The notes below the pieces were generated by a model that was not told the DNA's origin, did no database searches, and saw only the letters and a list, made by a program, of their open reading frames with translations. Shown here one piece after another: positions 45,109 through 54,998 of a stretch of 64,000 bases of DNA. The position numbers and the translations under genes were made by a program. The DNA is taken from IMG/VR virus record IMGVR_UViG_3300017991_004311, positions 34,937 to 98,936 of that record; one strand, given 5' to 3'. How positions within the stretch are numbered: the first letter of the stretch is position 1; each line of letters begins with the position of its first letter. This DNA is from a virus.

Positions 45109-45896
45109 GAGTGTCGGTCATCATCACGACATACAACCGGGCGGGGCACCTGAAGTACGGACTGTATTCGGTGATGGGGCAGAAATTCAAACCTTATGAG
45201 GTGCTTGTGGTCGACGACGGGAGCACGGACCACACGGAGAGGGTCGTCCGCGAGGCAAAGGAGAAGTGGCCGACGATACGGTACATCTACAACAGGAACC
45301 CCGGCTACACGAACGGGTGCCTGGCGAAGAACATCGGGGTCAGGCAGGCGGCGGGTGATCTCCTGATCTTCACCGAACCGGAGGTGCTGCACATCGGCGA
45401 GACCATGATGCAGCACGTCCTGCGCCATGGCGACGACACGCGCCTGTTCATCTCGACAGGGACGGTCTATTTCGTTTTCGGCGGGGTGGTGAAGATGCTC
45501 AGCCTCGCCGACCTGCGGGACCCGAAACGGATCGTGCGGGCATGGGACGCGAAGGAATGGAAGGACGGCTACGAGCCGCAGGCCGACGAGATGGCGGTGA
45601 ACCGGCATGTCTGCGCCACCTATTGCGCCAGCGTGAAGCGCGAGGACGTGATGCGGATAGGGGGCTACGACGAGAGGCTCCTGAAATGGTGGGGCTGGGA
45701 AGACCTCGATCTACAATCGCGCCTCTCCCGGGACGGGGTCACGTGCCTCCCGGACCCGTCGATGCAGGTGGTCCATCTGGCGCACGGGAGGACCGGGTGC
45801 TTCGAGGTGTGGGAATACAACCGTCGGCTGCACGAGGACCCGGACAAGCCGACGGTCGCGAACCAGGGCCGTGAATGGGGGGTGATCCGCACATGA
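45105..45896 (+). CDS. GT2 glycosyltransferase
   Basis: VIITTYNR, VDDGSTD, KNIG, EPE in place of DxD, GGYDE...WGWED. Confidence 0.88.
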   Translation: MRVSVIITTYNRAGHLKYGLYSVMGQKFKPYEVLVVDDGSTDHTERVVREAKEKWPTIRYIYNRNPGYTNGCLAKNIGVRQAAGDLLIFTEPEVLHIGETMMQHVLRHGDDTRLFISTGTVYFVFGGVVKMLSLADLRDPKRIVRAWDAKEWKDGYEPQADEMAVNRHVCATYCASVKREDVMRIGGYDERLLKWWGWEDLDLQSRLSRDGVTCLPDPSMQVVHLAHGRTGCFEVWEYNRRLHEDPDKPTVANQGREWGVIRT

Positions 45897-46720
45897 CGCT
45901 ATCGGTGATAATGCCGTGCTACAACCGGGGGCACCTGCTCCATTGGGCGCTGCGCTCGCTCCTGAACCAGAGCGATTGGGCGGATGAGATCATCGTGATC
46001 GACGACGGGTCGGACGACGCCACGGAGGCCATCACGAGGCGGGCCATGGGCGAGCACCCGAACGGGAACATCAGCTATCATTTCAACAACCGGCCGGGAT
46101 GGAACATCTGCGTGCACGCGATGAACTGCGGGATCAGGCTGGCCACGGGCGACATCCTCATGCTCACGGAACCGGAGGTGCTCCACCCGACCGACGACAT
46201 CGCCGTCATGCGGCGTTACTTTGAGGACGAGACGAACCAGGACAGGATTCTCATCGGAAGCCCGCTCTATTGCGTCTACGAGGAGGCGCTGAGGGACATG
46301 CCCCGGCAGAACCTAGAGGAACCGCGGAGAATCCTGGAGATGGGGGGGCTGATCCACGAATGGCAGAACGGCTACTGCAGCCCCCCGGACACTATCACTT
46401 ACTTCCCCCGCGGCGGGACGCATCATATCGCAGGGGTGATGCGGCGGCACATGCTCGCCATCGGCGGCTACGACGAGGAGTTCCTGGCGGGCGGCGCGGG
46501 CGGCTACGACGACATCGATATGCTCACCCGGCTCAGGAACTACGGGGTCAAGGAGGAACGGACCGAGGACATCATCGCGATCCACCTTGACCATTTTCCT
46601 CCCCCGCCGGAGGTGCAGAAACCCGAACTCGTGCGGAAGAACTACGAGCGCATGGTCAACCGCGATCCTGAGGATTGGAAAGTGAACAGAGGAAAAGAAT
46701 GGGGCGTTTTAAGGAGATGA
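45893..46720 (+). CDS. GT2 glycosyltransferase (paralogue of 45105)
   Basis: VIMPCYNR, IDDGSDD, EPE, GGYDE...GYDD. Confidence 0.88.
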   Translation: MTLSVIMPCYNRGHLLHWALRSLLNQSDWADEIIVIDDGSDDATEAITRRAMGEHPNGNISYHFNNRPGWNICVHAMNCGIRLATGDILMLTEPEVLHPTDDIAVMRRYFEDETNQDRILIGSPLYCVYEEALRDMPRQNLEEPRRILEMGGLIHEWQNGYCSPPDTITYFPRGGTHHIAGVMRRHMLAIGGYDEEFLAGGAGGYDDIDMLTRLRNYGVKEERTEDIIAIHLDHFPPPPEVQKPELVRKNYERMVNRDPEDWKVNRGKEWGVLRR

Positions 46721-46727
46721 GAGTGGC

Positions 46728-47894
46728 ATGAAATGGCGCGAGCATCCCGAGAGCGAGAAGCGCGTGATCGAGCTCATGGCGGACAATTCCCCCGACCGGA
46801 TCGCCGACATTCTGCAGCGGGAGTACCCGGACGAGACGATCACGCAGGTCGGGGTCGAGAGGAAGATCGATCGCCTCCGCCGGCACATGAGGGAGCGGGG
46901 GATACCGTGTAAGAAGGTAATCGGCGACCCGGTGAAGAAGGTGCTCCAATGGCTCAACCGGGCCCCATTGAGCGTGGGCGAGCTCTCGCGCCGCCTCGAC
47001 CGCTCGAAGGAGACGGTCGTCAGAATCGTGCAGGAGTTGAGGGACAAGGGCTACGACGTGGAGTTGGGCCGGGATACGAAGCAGGTGGCCCTCCACAAGA
47101 CGCGGATACGGAAATTCGAGCCGCTCAAATTGGAGCGCATCTTCCGCCGTCACCTTAAGGTGCTACTGGTGAGCGATACGCATTTCGGTTCCCGTTTCCA
47201 GCAGCCCACGCTCCTGCGGACCGCATACGAGGTGGCAACGAGGGAGAAGGCCGACTTCGCCATTCACTGCGGGGATGTGACCGACGGCATCCGCATGTAT
47301 CGGGGGCATGAGTTCGAGTTGTTCCTCCAGGGTGCGGACGAGCAGCGCTCGTACGTCATCGAGCACTTCCCGAAGGCACCGTTCAAGACCTACATGGTGA
47401 GCGGGAACCACGACCTCAGCTACAAGAAGGCGACGGGACACACCATCGTGGAGGCGATCTGCAAGGAAAGGGAGGACCTGGTGTACCGGGGTGATATCGG
47501 GGCCAGAATTGAATTCAAAAATTGCGCGGCGGAGACGATACACCCGAGCGGCGGAGTGCCCTATTCCCGGAGCTGGAGGCTGCAGCGGATGATCGAGGCC
47601 ACGGTGGGGGACTTCATCCTGCACGCGCGCAATGCGCCCGAGGACATGGCCGGGATGGCGCATCTGTACCTCTCCGGACACCTGCATCAGGCATTCTATC
47701 TGCCCTATCTCGGCTTTCACGGATTTCTCGTGCCGTGTTTCCAGGCGGTGACGCCGTACCTGCGGGCGAAGGGGTTGTTCCCGACGGTGGGCTTCTGGAT
47801 TATCACCGTGCACTTCGACGACGAGGACAACGTGACCGGGCTCGACCAAACGCTCTACGATTGGACGCATCTGGCGAGGGAGAACGACTATTGA
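46728..47894 (+). CDS. HTH + calcineurin-like metallophosphoesterase
   Basis: SDTHFGS, CGDVTDG, GNHD, HP, GHLH; N-terminal winged-HTH-like region. Confidence 0.85.
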   Translation: MKWREHPESEKRVIELMADNSPDRIADILQREYPDETITQVGVERKIDRLRRHMRERGIPCKKVIGDPVKKVLQWLNRAPLSVGELSRRLDRSKETVVRIVQELRDKGYDVELGRDTKQVALHKTRIRKFEPLKLERIFRRHLKVLLVSDTHFGSRFQQPTLLRTAYEVATREKADFAIHCGDVTDGIRMYRGHEFELFLQGADEQRSYVIEHFPKAPFKTYMVSGNHDLSYKKATGHTIVEAICKEREDLVYRGDIGARIEFKNCAAETIHPSGGVPYSRSWRLQRMIEATVGDFILHARNAPEDMAGMAHLYLSGHLHQAFYLPYLGFHGFLVPCFQAVTPYLRAKGLFPTVGFWIITVHFDDEDNVTGLDQTLYDWTHLARENDY

Positions 47895-47909
47895 CACCAG
47901 GGGGTGAAC

Positions 47910-48596
47910 ATGCAGGCGCTGATACTCGCGGGCGGGGAAGGAAGACGGCTCAGGCCCCTGACGCTGATGCGGCCCAAACCGATGATGGAGGTCCGGGGCA
48001 TCCCGTTCCTGGGACACGTGCTGAGGCTGCTGAGGGAAGGGGGGATCGACCGGGCCGTCGTGAGCACGTGCTACCTCGGGAGCCAGATCAGGCACTACTT
48101 CGGGAACGGCTCCGCGTTCGGCGTCGACATCGTCTACAGTCACCGGACGGAGTACACGGAGACGCTGATGGCGCTGAGGGCGGCATGGGATAGCCTCGAC
48201 GAGGAGCCGTTCTTCCTGGTCAACGGCGACACCTACACGGAGCTGGACTACCGGGACATGTGGCGGACATGGAAGCGGAGCAATCGGCTGGCGATGGTGG
48301 CGGCGCACGAACCCGACCCGGCCCCGAACTGCCTGGTGGACCGGAAGGACGGAGACCTGGTGATGCGTCTCCCGGAGTTTCCGTGGGGACTCTGCATCGA
48401 CGCGGGGGTATGGGTCTTGGCTCGTGAAGTTCTGCCATTTCTGCCCGAGGGTGACGGGTCACTCTCAAAAACATTACTTCCGGCGTTGGCGCATGAGCGA
48501 CAGGTAAAATCATACCCAGTAGGTCCGTTCTGGGATATCGGGACGAAGGAGAAACTTGAGGCGTTCCGGGAATATATGGGGGGAAAACCATGCTGA
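47910..48596 (+). CDS. hddC: heptose-1-phosphate guanylyltransferase-like nucleotidyltransferase
   Basis: ILAGG.G.RL.PLT...PKPM, NGDTY, DIGT; adjacent to hddA. Confidence 0.75.
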   Translation: MQALILAGGEGRRLRPLTLMRPKPMMEVRGIPFLGHVLRLLREGGIDRAVVSTCYLGSQIRHYFGNGSAFGVDIVYSHRTEYTETLMALRAAWDSLDEEPFFLVNGDTYTELDYRDMWRTWKRSNRLAMVAAHEPDPAPNCLVDRKDGDLVMRLPEFPWGLCIDAGVWVLAREVLPFLPEGDGSLSKTLLPALAHERQVKSYPVGPFWDIGTKEKLEAFREYMGGKPC

Positions 48597-49552
48597 CAAG
48601 CAAAACGCCGTTTAGGGTGAGCTTCGCAGGAGGAATGACTGATATTCCAGCGTTCTATCGGACCGAGCCGGGGGCGGTGCTCTCGGCGACGATAAACCGC
48701 TACATGTACGTCTTCGTCAACCGGAGGTTCGAGGACGGGTACCGCTGCAGCTACTCGGAGGTCGAGACGGTCCAGCGGGTACCGGAGATCAGGAACGACA
48801 TCATCCGAGAGGCGCTGCTGGAGTTCACCCCCGGCTTCGTGGATGTGTCGTCCCTAGCCGACATCCCGCAGGCGTCGGGCCTCGGTTCCTCGTGTAGCTA
48901 CGCGGTGGGGTTGGTGAACGCCCTGGCGCTCCTTTGCGTCAAGGAGATGACGCGGGAGGAGATCGCGGAGACGGCGTGCCGCCTGGAGATGGAGAGGTTG
49001 GGAAGGAACATCGGAAAACAGGACCAGTACGCGGCCGCGTTCGGGGGCATGAACCTGATCGAATTCCATCCCGACGAGTCGGTCAACGTCATCCCGGTGC
49101 GGGCGGACCGGGAGACGGTGGATGAGCTCAACCGCTCGCTCATGCTGGTCTACCTCGGCGGGAAGACGAAGCGCTCGGAGGAGATCATTGCCACCTACGA
49201 CTTCGAGGGCGAGCGGGAGACGCTCGGGGAGATGCGCGACCTGGCCTATGAGATGAAGGACGTGCTGGAGCATTGCCAGACGCTCTCTGATTTCGGATTG
49301 CTCCTGGGCGAGGAATGGGGACTGAAGAAGCGGATATCCCCGGAGGTGAGCACCCCGGAGATAGACGAGGTGTACCAGCGGGCGCTCGGGGCCGGGGCGC
49401 TGTCGGGCAAGATCTGCGGCGCGGGCCAGAACGGGTTCCTCCTCCTGTTCGTGGAGGGGGTGAACCGGGACAAGGTGCGTAAGGCGCTGTTCCCGCTGCG
49501 CGAGATCCCGTTCCGGTTCGAGTGGGGAGGTTCGAGGGTGTATGTTGAGTGA
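48590..49552 (+). CDS. hddA: D-glycero-alpha-D-manno-heptose-7-phosphate kinase (GHMP)
   Basis: TPFRVSFAGG.TD, P..SGLGSS, IGKQDQYAAAFGG, GKICGAG..GF. Confidence 0.9.
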   Translation: MLTSKTPFRVSFAGGMTDIPAFYRTEPGAVLSATINRYMYVFVNRRFEDGYRCSYSEVETVQRVPEIRNDIIREALLEFTPGFVDVSSLADIPQASGLGSSCSYAVGLVNALALLCVKEMTREEIAETACRLEMERLGRNIGKQDQYAAAFGGMNLIEFHPDESVNVIPVRADRETVDELNRSLMLVYLGGKTKRSEEIIATYDFEGERETLGEMRDLAYEMKDVLEHCQTLSDFGLLLGEEWGLKKRISPEVSTPEIDEVYQRALGAGALSGKICGAGQNGFLLLFVEGVNRDKVRKALFPLREIPFRFEWGGSRVYVE

Positions 49553-50450
49553 CAGGATCAAGAGGATCGCGGTCACGGGGGCGTCGGGACTCTTGGGCAC
49601 GGAGCTCTTGAGAGCGCTCAGGGGATCCTACGAGCTCCTCCCCTTCTCCTACAGGCGGGAGGGCCAGGCGATGGGGTTGAAGTTCAGGAGACTCGACCTG
49701 CGCATGGGCAGCACGCTCCTGAACGAGCTGGCCAGGTTCGCGCCCGACCTCGTCATCCATGCGGCGGCAATGACGGCGGTCGATACCTGTGAGCAACAGC
49801 CCACGGCGGCGTACCAGGCGAACGTCGCGGCGACGAGGAACGTGTGCCTCGCGGCCCGGGCCATCGGTGTGCCGGTGGTGTACTACAGCACCGACTTTGT
49901 CTTCGACGGGCGCGCACGGAAGCCGATGCGGGAGAACCACACGCCCTCGCCCATCGGGATGTACGGGTGGACGAAATGGATGGGAGAGCGCGCGGTGGCG
50001 CGGCTCCCGAAGCACCTTACCATCCGCACCTCCTGGCTCTTCGGGGAGCACGGGGTGAACTTCGTGGCGGCGATCCTGAAACAGGCGGAGTACAAAAAGG
50101 AGCTGCACGTGGTGGACGACCAGCGGGGATGCCCGACCTACGCCCCGGACCTGGCGGCGGCGACACGCACGCTCCTGGGGCTGGGTGCGACGGGCACCTA
50201 CCACGTGTGCAATGCGGGCGAGTGCTCGTGGTGCGGGTTCGCGAGGGAGATCATCCGCCTGAGCGGGAAGCGCGTCACGGTCAAGGCGATCCCCACGAGG
50301 GACCTCGACCGCCCGGCGGAGCGCCCGCGCTATTCGGTGCTCTCGACGGAGAAATACGAACGGGCGACGGGGGATGCCCTGAGGCCGTGGCAGGACGCGC
50401 TCAGGGACTACATAACAGGAGAGAATCATGGGAAAAATGATTCATCTTGA
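49542..50450 (+). CDS. rmlD: dTDP-4-dehydrorhamnose reductase
   Basis: TGASGLLG, AAMTAVD.CE, STDFVFDG, YG.TK, VVDDQ.G.PT, RP.YS.L. Confidence 0.95.
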   Translation: MLSDRIKRIAVTGASGLLGTELLRALRGSYELLPFSYRREGQAMGLKFRRLDLRMGSTLLNELARFAPDLVIHAAAMTAVDTCEQQPTAAYQANVAATRNVCLAARAIGVPVVYYSTDFVFDGRARKPMRENHTPSPIGMYGWTKWMGERAVARLPKHLTIRTSWLFGEHGVNFVAAILKQAEYKKELHVVDDQRGCPTYAPDLAAATRTLLGLGATGTYHVCNAGECSWCGFAREIIRLSGKRVTVKAIPTRDLDRPAERPRYSVLSTEKYERATGDALRPWQDALRDYITGENHGKNDSS

Positions 50451-50958
50451 CGGGATGCCGAAGGACAGAGTCGAACTGGACGTCACCCTGGGGACCCGTC
50501 CGGCATCGATCGAGGGGGTCACGGTCAAGTCGCTGCGCCAGATACCGGACGCGCGCGGTCGTCTCATGGAGGTGCTGCGGTGCGATTGGGACCAGTTCGT
50601 GGGGTTCGGCCAGGCATACGTGACCACGGCGTACCGGGGCGCGGTGAAGGCGTGGCACATGCACCGGAAGCAGACGGATAATATCGCGGTGGTCTCGGGC
50701 ATGGCGCGGGTGGCCGTGGCGCAATTCGATCCCAAGCGACCGGAGCGGGCGCGGGTGGAGGAATGGTTCGCGGGGGTGCTGAACCCGCTCCTGATCCATG
50801 TGCCCCCGGGAATATGGCACGGGTTCATGGGACTCACCGACGACGTGGTGGTCATGAACGTGCCCGACAAGCTCTACAACTACAAGGACCCCGACGAGGA
50901 GCGCCTGGACCCGGACGGCCTCCCGTCGTTCGACTGGCATGCGGGGAGGGCGGGATGA
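50428..50958 (+). CDS. rmlC: dTDP-4-dehydrorhamnose 3,5-epimerase family cupin
   Basis: DARG.L.E, KAWH.H..QTD, VPPG.WHGF. Confidence 0.85.
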   Translation: MGKMIHLDGMPKDRVELDVTLGTRPASIEGVTVKSLRQIPDARGRLMEVLRCDWDQFVGFGQAYVTTAYRGAVKAWHMHRKQTDNIAVVSGMARVAVAQFDPKRPERARVEEWFAGVLNPLLIHVPPGIWHGFMGLTDDVVVMNVPDKLYNYKDPDEERLDPDGLPSFDWHAGRAG

Positions 50959-51515
50959 AAGAATACCTGAACGAGCTCATCGGAGCCATCGGAAGGTTCC
51001 CCCGGGACGAGATAAGGAGGCTGGCGCAGCGCGCCGTCTACTCGTCGACCGTCTACATCGCGGGCAACGGGGGTTCGGCGGCGACCGCGAACCATTTCGC
51101 CGTGGACCTGATGAAGTCGGCGCAGGTCCGGGCGGTCAGCCTGTGCGCGAACCCGGCGCTGATAACGGCGCTGGGGAACGACATCGGGTTCGCCTACGTG
51201 TTCAGCGAGATGGCGCGCTACCACGGCATGGGTTCGGACGACACCCTGGTCATCATCAGCGTGTCCGGGGACTCGATCGACCTGGTGAACCTGGCGAAGG
51301 AATGCCGGCGCCCGAAGGAGACCCTGCGCGGGGACGACCCCTACCCCGGCACGATCGCCTCGCTGCTCGGGAGGAGCGGCAGGGGATTGCTCGCGCCGTT
51401 GTCCGACACCGTGGTCGCGATCGAATCGGACGACTACGGCGTGTGCGAGGACATGCACAGCATCTGCTGCCACCTCATCGCAAGGGAGGCGGAGGCGATC
51501 CGTGCCCAACAATAA
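50955..51515 (+). CDS. gmhA: phosphoheptose isomerase (SIS)
   Basis: GNGGSAA.A.H, TALGND.GF, IS.SGDS, ED.H. Confidence 0.88.
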   Translation: MKEYLNELIGAIGRFPRDEIRRLAQRAVYSSTVYIAGNGGSAATANHFAVDLMKSAQVRAVSLCANPALITALGNDIGFAYVFSEMARYHGMGSDDTLVIISVSGDSIDLVNLAKECRRPKETLRGDDPYPGTIASLLGRSGRGLLAPLSDTVVAIESDDYGVCEDMHSICCHLIAREAEAIRAQQ

Positions 51516-52047
51516 GGCGGTGTTCCTGGACCGGGACGGGGTCATCTGCCCGGTGCGCGGGGCGAAGTTCCAGGACAGGCCGCAACCCGACAAGTACCTC
51601 CTGGACCCGGACGACTTCGAGCTGCTCCCCGGGGTCGCGGACGCGATGCGCGCGCTCAAGCGGGAGGGGTACCTCGTCATCGTGGTCACGAACCAGCTGG
51701 CCCCGTACCTCGGCATCGCCACCAGGGAACAGGTGGACGCGGTGAACCGCCACATGGTCACGGAGCTGGCGAAACGGGGGGCCACGATCGACGACGTGTT
51801 CTGCTGCTGCGACCTCAGCCACCGGAGGAAGCCGAGCCCGGGCATGCTGGTGGAGGCGATGGTGAAATGGGATATCGACCCGGCGCGGTCCTACGTGGTC
51901 GGGGACTCGACATGGGACCTGCAGGCGGCGGAGGCGGTCGGACTCTGCCCCGTCCTGGTCACCAGTCCGCTCAGTCCGCTCGTGGCAGAGAGCCTGCATA
52001 GGGTGGCACCCCGGCTGCTCCGGGGGGAACGGCCTCCGGTGTACTGA
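51502..52047 (+). CDS. gmhB: heptose 1,7-bisphosphate phosphatase (HAD)
   Basis: FLDRDGVI, VTNQ, RKP.PGM, VGD...D. Confidence 0.9.
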   Translation: MPNNKAVFLDRDGVICPVRGAKFQDRPQPDKYLLDPDDFELLPGVADAMRALKREGYLVIVVTNQLAPYLGIATREQVDAVNRHMVTELAKRGATIDDVFCCCDLSHRRKPSPGMLVEAMVKWDIDPARSYVVGDSTWDLQAAEAVGLCPVLVTSPLSPLVAESLHRVAPRLLRGERPPVY

Positions 52048-52057
52048 TGGGATCGCG

Positions 52058-52254
52058 CCTGTGGATAACCTGTAACCTAGCGTTACACCTTATCCACAGG
52101 CTTAGGGAAGCTCATTTTCCCTCAGAATAGACGTAAGGTAGGATTGAAGCGGATTTACATTGTTTTAGCAAGAAATAAATTGATTGAAGTCTAAAGGCTG
52201 CCTGTGGATAACTTGTGGATAACATGTAACGCTAGGTTACACCTTATCCACAGG
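52058..52254. repeat. 197-bp DnaA-box element, copy B (inverted relative to copy A)
   Basis: Reverse complement aligns end to end with 15888-16084; five DnaA boxes. Confidence 0.9.
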
Positions 52255-52286
52255 GGCAAAAAATTCATTTACGATTGGAGGACCGG

Positions 52287-53339
52287 ATGAAGATTCTCAT
52301 CACGGGGGGGTGCGGCTTCGTGGGGAGCAACGTGGCACGCTACGCATTGGGGCGCGGCCACGAGGTGGTGGCGTTTGACAACCTCGTGCGGATCGGCTCC
52401 AGGAGCAACCTTGACGAGTTCAAGGCTGAAAATAATTTTCTCTTTATTGAAGGGGACGTGCGGGAACAGGCGGACTTCGAGGCTGCCCCTGAAGTCGATG
52501 CGGTGATCCACACCGCGGCGCAACCGGGCGTCCCGACATCGATGAGGAATCCGCGCTATGATTTCGAGGTGAATGCGCTCGGCACGTTCAATGTGCTGGA
52601 ATTCGCGCGGGAGCGGGGACTGTTGCCGTTGATATTTACGAGTACCAACAAGTGCTATTCCTGCGAAGTCAACGAGATCGGGGTGGAGATGGCCCAAAAC
52701 GGGCGAGTTTTCACCGGGGAGTACCGTGGGGGCATCCCCGAGGGGTTCCCCGTGGATTCGGCCGGGAAAGCGGCATATTCCCCCTACGGGTGCAGCAAGT
52801 ACACCGGTGATCGCTACTGCCAGGAATACTGGCACACCTACGAGGTGCCGACGGTCGTGAACCGGATGAGCTGCATCGCCGGCGAACGCCAGATGGGCGT
52901 GGAGGAGCAGGGATGGGTCGCGTGGTTCGCCTACGCCAAGATGTTCCACATCAACCTGAACATCTTCGGCGACGGGAAACAGACCCGCGACGTGCTCTAC
53001 GTGGGCGACCTGGCGAGGCTGTTCCTGGAGGAGTTGGAGCACATCGACCGGCACCGGGGGCAGGTCTACAACGTCGGCGGGGGTCCGGACAAGATGATAA
53101 GCCTCCAGGGCGTCATCGACCACCTGGTGGACCTGGAGGGATCGCTCTTTGACATCACGTACCACGAATGGCGGCAGGCGGACCATCTCGCCTACTACAC
53201 GGACATCACGAAAGTGAGCGAGTTCTGGCAACCGGAGATAGGCCCGATCGAGACGGTCGACCGCATCTGGGATTGGGCGGGGAGGAACCGTTCGCGCATC
53301 TGGAGAATGCTGAAGAAGACGCTGGGAGAAGGCGCATGA
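52287..53339 (+). CDS. NAD-dependent epimerase, CDP-paratose/tyvelose 2-epimerase-like
   Basis: GGCGFVG, AAQP....S..NPR.DF..NA.GT.N.LE, STNK.Y, YGCSK, RMSCI.G..Q.G.EEQGWVAWF. Confidence 0.85.
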   Translation: MKILITGGCGFVGSNVARYALGRGHEVVAFDNLVRIGSRSNLDEFKAENNFLFIEGDVREQADFEAAPEVDAVIHTAAQPGVPTSMRNPRYDFEVNALGTFNVLEFARERGLLPLIFTSTNKCYSCEVNEIGVEMAQNGRVFTGEYRGGIPEGFPVDSAGKAAYSPYGCSKYTGDRYCQEYWHTYEVPTVVNRMSCIAGERQMGVEEQGWVAWFAYAKMFHINLNIFGDGKQTRDVLYVGDLARLFLEELEHIDRHRGQVYNVGGGPDKMISLQGVIDHLVDLEGSLFDITYHEWRQADHLAYYTDITKVSEFWQPEIGPIETVDRIWDWAGRNRSRIWRMLKKTLGEGA

Positions 53340-54223
53340 ACGAGACCGTGTTGCGTGTAGTCGGCCCCAACGGCAAACCCGGGGGGGAGGGGCTGTCCCT
53401 GGCATGGTACGAGCGCCCCGACGTGCAGGTGGTCCGGGATATCGGCACGCGCTGCTTCCCGCTCTCATCGGGCACGATGGACGAAGTGGTCCTCGATAAC
53501 GCGATCGACTACTTGGACGACTGGCCGCACCTTCTCAACGAATGCCACCGCGTGCTCAAACCGGAAGGGAAGGTGTCGGTGCGGGGATCGCTCGACACGG
53601 CGCTGTTCTCGGCGATGGCGAGGGCGACCGGGATGGAAAAGGCCGCACTCGGCCTGCGCTGCGCGTTCGAGGAGACGAACGAATGGGGACTCGCCCTGCG
53701 GTCCGAAAGCGAGCGCTCCGGTGGAGCCCGCCCGCTCCTGACGAGACCGGGTATCGCGCTCCACAACGGGCACCCGAGCTGCGTCCGGGTGGAGCTGGGA
53801 TGCGGGTCGAGGAAGCGCGGCGTCCCGGGACCGTTCATCGGCGTCGACCGCCATGAATATCCCGGGGTCGACGAGGTGGCCGACATCGAGCGGGGGCTCC
53901 CGTTCCATGACGGTTCGGTCGATTTCGTCTTCGCCTCGCACCTGATGGAGCATATCGGCGACCTCATCTTCGCGATGGAGGAGATATGGCGGGTGCTGCG
54001 GAACCGAGGGATTTTTGAAATGATTAATCCTTGGTGGAATTCTATGTATGCTTTTGTAAACCCTGATCATAAACGCGTTTTACACAACGATTTGTGGAGT
54101 TATTGGTCAAGTCAAGGAAATATAATGGACAAAGAAGCATACGGAATAAAAGCTCGCTTCGATGTTGTAAGCAATTCGCATATGGGAGATGGAAATTTTG
54201 TTACTTTAGAAGCAGAAAAATAA
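53336..54223 (+). CDS. tandem SAM methyltransferase domains
   Basis: NECHRVLKPEG, then ELGCG, ASHLMEH, EEIWRVL, NPDH; last ~200 nt AT-rich. Confidence 0.8.
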   Translation: MNETVLRVVGPNGKPGGEGLSLAWYERPDVQVVRDIGTRCFPLSSGTMDEVVLDNAIDYLDDWPHLLNECHRVLKPEGKVSVRGSLDTALFSAMARATGMEKAALGLRCAFEETNEWGLALRSESERSGGARPLLTRPGIALHNGHPSCVRVELGCGSRKRGVPGPFIGVDRHEYPGVDEVADIERGLPFHDGSVDFVFASHLMEHIGDLIFAMEEIWRVLRNRGIFEMINPWWNSMYAFVNPDHKRVLHNDLWSYWSSQGNIMDKEAYGIKARFDVVSNSHMGDGNFVTLEAEK

Positions 54224-54242
54224 ATACAAAGGAACCGTTATT

Positions 54243-54998
54243 TTGACTTTCTCTGGAGAAAAAAATCCATTTTTTGGGCACAAACACACAGAAGAACAAA
54301 AGAAGCGGTGGAGTATAATGCGAACTGGAGTTAAACTTTCAGAGCAAACAAGAAAAAATATGAGTAAAGCTCAACAAGCACGGAAAAAGAAATTTGGTTA
54401 TATGCATTCAAAGGAGACTAGGAAGAAAATAAGCGAAGCACTTAAGGGGAAACGCTATAAGAGAAAACCTTTTTCAGAAGAACACAAACAAAGAATGAGC
54501 GAAGCGAAAAAGGGAATTCGTAATCCCATGTTTGGTAACTCCCATTCTGAAGAGGCAAGAAAAAAGATAAGGGAAGCTACAAAAGGCAAGAACAATCCAT
54601 TTTTTGGAAAGCGCCATAATATATTAACAAGAAAGAAAATGAGTCTCTCTGCTAAGGGAAAGCATGCCAATGAAAAAAATCCTAATTGGCACGGGGGAAT
54701 TACTCCGTTATATGGGAAAATAAGGGGAAACGACGAATATGATCAGTGGAGGAAAAAAGTCTTTACAAGAGACGGTTTTACTTGTCAACAATGTGGCAGT
54801 TCTAAGAGCGGCAGCCTTAATGCTCACCATATTAAACCTTTTTCTGAAATTATCACGTCCAATAAGATAACCACTTGTCAGCAAGCGATTGCCTGTAAAG
54901 AGCTTTGGAATATTGATAATGGAATAACTTTGTGTAAAACTTGTCACTTGAAAACGTACAGAACTATCACAGCGGGGAGGGACTGTTTACGACGATGA
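54243..54998 (+). CDS. NUMOD3-HNH homing endonuclease
   Basis: Repeated NPFFGK.H(S/T)EE motifs; RDGFTCQQC, AHHIKP, NGITLC..CH; strongly AT-rich. Confidence 0.9.
   Translation: MTFSGEKNPFFGHKHTEEQKKRWSIMRTGVKLSEQTRKNMSKAQQARKKKFGYMHSKETRKKISEALKGKRYKRKPFSEEHKQRMSEAKKGIRNPMFGNSHSEEARKKIREATKGKNNPFFGKRHNILTRKKMSLSAKGKHANEKNPNWHGGITPLYGKIRGNDEYDQWRKKVFTRDGFTCQQCGSSKSGSLNAHHIKPFSEIITSNKITTCQQAIACKELWNIDNGITLCKTCHLKTYRTITAGRDCLRR

Noticed and set aside
29762-53339. Captured host O-antigen/capsule locus
   Set aside because: No wzx/wzy/wzm/wzt/waaL or initiating transferase; genes are coupled to and interleaved with virion genes
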